NCBI GenBank assembly: GCA_031414955.1
Contig: JANOQV010000292.1
Coordinates: forward strand, 1 to 62,241
DNA length: 62,241 nucleotides
Source: Pedosphaera sp.
GTDB lineage: Bacteria > Verrucomicrobiota > Verrucomicrobiia > Limisphaerales > SIBH01
Direction: 5' to 3'
Within the stretch, counting starts at the first letter, position 1. Every line of letters starts with the position of its first letter. The position numbers were made by a program, and so were the translations under genes. Below, in pieces: positions 61,086 through 62,241 of this stretch. The notes below the pieces were generated by a model that had not been told where the DNA came from, searched no databases, and saw nothing but the letters and a program-made list of their open reading frames with translations.

Positions 61086-61130
61086 AGCCTGGCTTCTGGG
61101 CCAGACTCGCGCTATGGGGTGTAACCCTAC
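61086..61130 (-). promoter_or_regulatory. Conserved box plus -10-like CAGGCT
   Basis: TATGGGGTGTAACCCTAC at 61113-61130, identical to 45919-45936. Confidence 0.75.
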
Positions 61131-61173
61131 CCAGCCTGGTCTGATCCGCGATCGACCGGCCCAATCGCGCGGT

Positions 61174-61737
61174 TCAGAAAGCGATGCGCAGGCCGAGCCG
61201 GGCGAGTCCGTAGCATTTGGTTTCTTCCGGCACCACCAGACGAGCGTCAAGGAACACGCCCACGTGCGGAGTGAAACGGTATTCCATGCCGGCGCCAAAC
61301 TGGCCGAACCACGCTTCGATCCGGTCGAACTGGCGGCCACCGCCGCCAAAGGCGTAGGGAGCGAACCCGCTTTCGCCCAGGGGGAGGCGCAGAATCAAGT
61401 TGGCTGAAGCGCTGTCGATGAAGGCGCTGGTGGTGTTCTCAGAATAAACGTCGGCCCCGACGCCGAGGTGGCGGTTGAAAAAATAGCTCACCCCAAGCCC
61501 GGCTCCCAGTTCGCCGTCCTGCCGGATTCTCGAAGTGGACGGGTGATTGATGGTGTATTTCCCAATCGAACCCGTCCCGAACACATCCACCGAAAGTTCG
61601 TGGGCCCGATAGTGGTCGCGGGGAGCATTATTCGTCCCTGGATCGTCCCCGACTTTTTCCGCACCCCACGCCGGCCTGGCCACCAGCATCAGGATGGTTC
61701 CTCCGACTAGTATTCCGTGTTTCATTATTTTTTTCAT
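61174..61737 (-). CDS. Small outer-membrane beta-barrel protein
   Basis: Signal peptide; amphipathic strands GAGLGVSYFF, APYAFGGGG, GAGMEYRF; terminal LRIAF. Confidence 0.88.
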   Translation of the reverse strand: MKKIMKHGILVGGTILMLVARPAWGAEKVGDDPGTNNAPRDHYRAHELSVDVFGTGSIGKYTINHPSTSRIRQDGELGAGLGVSYFFNRHLGVGADVYSENTTSAFIDSASANLILRLPLGESGFAPYAFGGGGRQFDRIEAWFGQFGAGMEYRFTPHVGVFLDARLVVPEETKCYGLARLGLRIAF

Positions 61738-61744
61738 GGCGGCC

Positions 61745-61787
61745 ATGTTACCGGCACGCCGTCGCTCGCTATGGGGTGAAACCCTGC
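61745..61787 (-). promoter_or_regulatory. Conserved box plus -10-like TAACAT
   Basis: TATGGGGTGAAACCCTGC at 61770-61787; -10 ends 7 nt before the ATG. Confidence 0.72.
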
Positions 61788-61905
61788 CGCACTGGAGGGC
61801 AGCTCTCCTTGGGCACGGCCCAACCGCCCGCCAGGAGCGGCTGGATTTTGCCGGACGGAACGAGCGGCGCGGGCGCTTCAGCCGCAGCCGGCGGCAATTC
61901 TTCCA

Positions 61906-61951
61906 ATGGAGTGTTCACCCCATAGCCCCGTCCATGAAAGCGCCGGACAGT
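61906..61951 (+). promoter_or_regulatory. Conserved box, inverted (divergent promoter)
   Basis: ATGGAGTGTTCACCCCATAGC, then 19 nt, then GACAGT. Confidence 0.55.
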
Positions 61952-62152
61952 TCGCCGGATTGGTGTCTCGTCTTGGAGGCAATCAGTCGTTGGACATGAA
62001 ATTTGAACGCAACCGCAACAGTTCATTTGAAAATGGCGCGACCGTCCTGGTCGCACCCGCCGGCTGGACGCTCCGCGCGATCCATTTTCCAGGGCGGAAA
62101 CTGCCTCACAGTCTGTCTGAAAAGTCGCTGGGCGGTGAAGTCCGTCGGTCTT

Positions 62153-62241
62153 GGAGTGCGCCCGTCCTCGGGCGCAGCAACGTGATGACTCTGAGCGCGT
62201 CGGAAAAATTCCATGACCACAGACTTTCGGACGTTGCTGCG
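62153..62241. repeat. REP-like palindrome truncated by the window end
   Basis: GGAGTGCGCCCGTCCTCGGGCGCAGCAACGT ... ACGTTGCTGCG. Confidence 0.65.

Noticed and set aside
43684..61924. TATGGGG box as a REP or IS end
   Set aside because: Only upstream of genes, orientation follows the gene, and spacing to a -10-like hexamer is near constant.
61997..62241. Open frame running off the window end
   Set aside because: No recognisable motif, and it passes through a REP-like palindrome; cannot be judged.

Overview
GC-rich bacterial DNA. The protein content (Calx-beta proteins with a DxDGDG...FVRL tail, pseudopilin-like genes, DUF6600-type protein, REP families) suggests Verrucomicrobiota; that is an inference. 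1-25 kb is mostly core genome: small kinase + PP2C, glnK-amtB, a large Calx-beta metalloprotease, SWIM-SNF2 helicase, TrmH, pseudopilin pair, kinase-LRR, TolC, rnhA, an ABC/TPR operon and glgC. 25.2-35.3 kb is a ~10 kb island bracketed by a perfect 25-bp direct repeat. It carries a glycosyltransferase, a 21-bp repeat array, an XRE regulator and a C39-peptidase/RHS polymorphic toxin with its immunity gene. glmS follows, and its last codons are duplicated 2 kb downstream. 37-62 kb is a general-stress-type accessory region (BON/OsmY, DUF883-YqjE-YqjK, AI-2E, DUF3494, P-type ATPase, MlaA-hydrolase fusion, orphan L35, a putative type II R-M pair). At least 10 of its promoters share an oriented TATGGGG-N5-CCCTAC box at near-fixed distance from a -10-like hexamer, and a receiver-less, heptad-repeat LuxR protein lies at its edge; this candidate regulon is the top finding. 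Several palindromic repeats sit in frame inside intact genes. No CRISPR, rRNA, tRNA, integrase or transposase was seen. Family names come from motif recognition by eye, not database searches.
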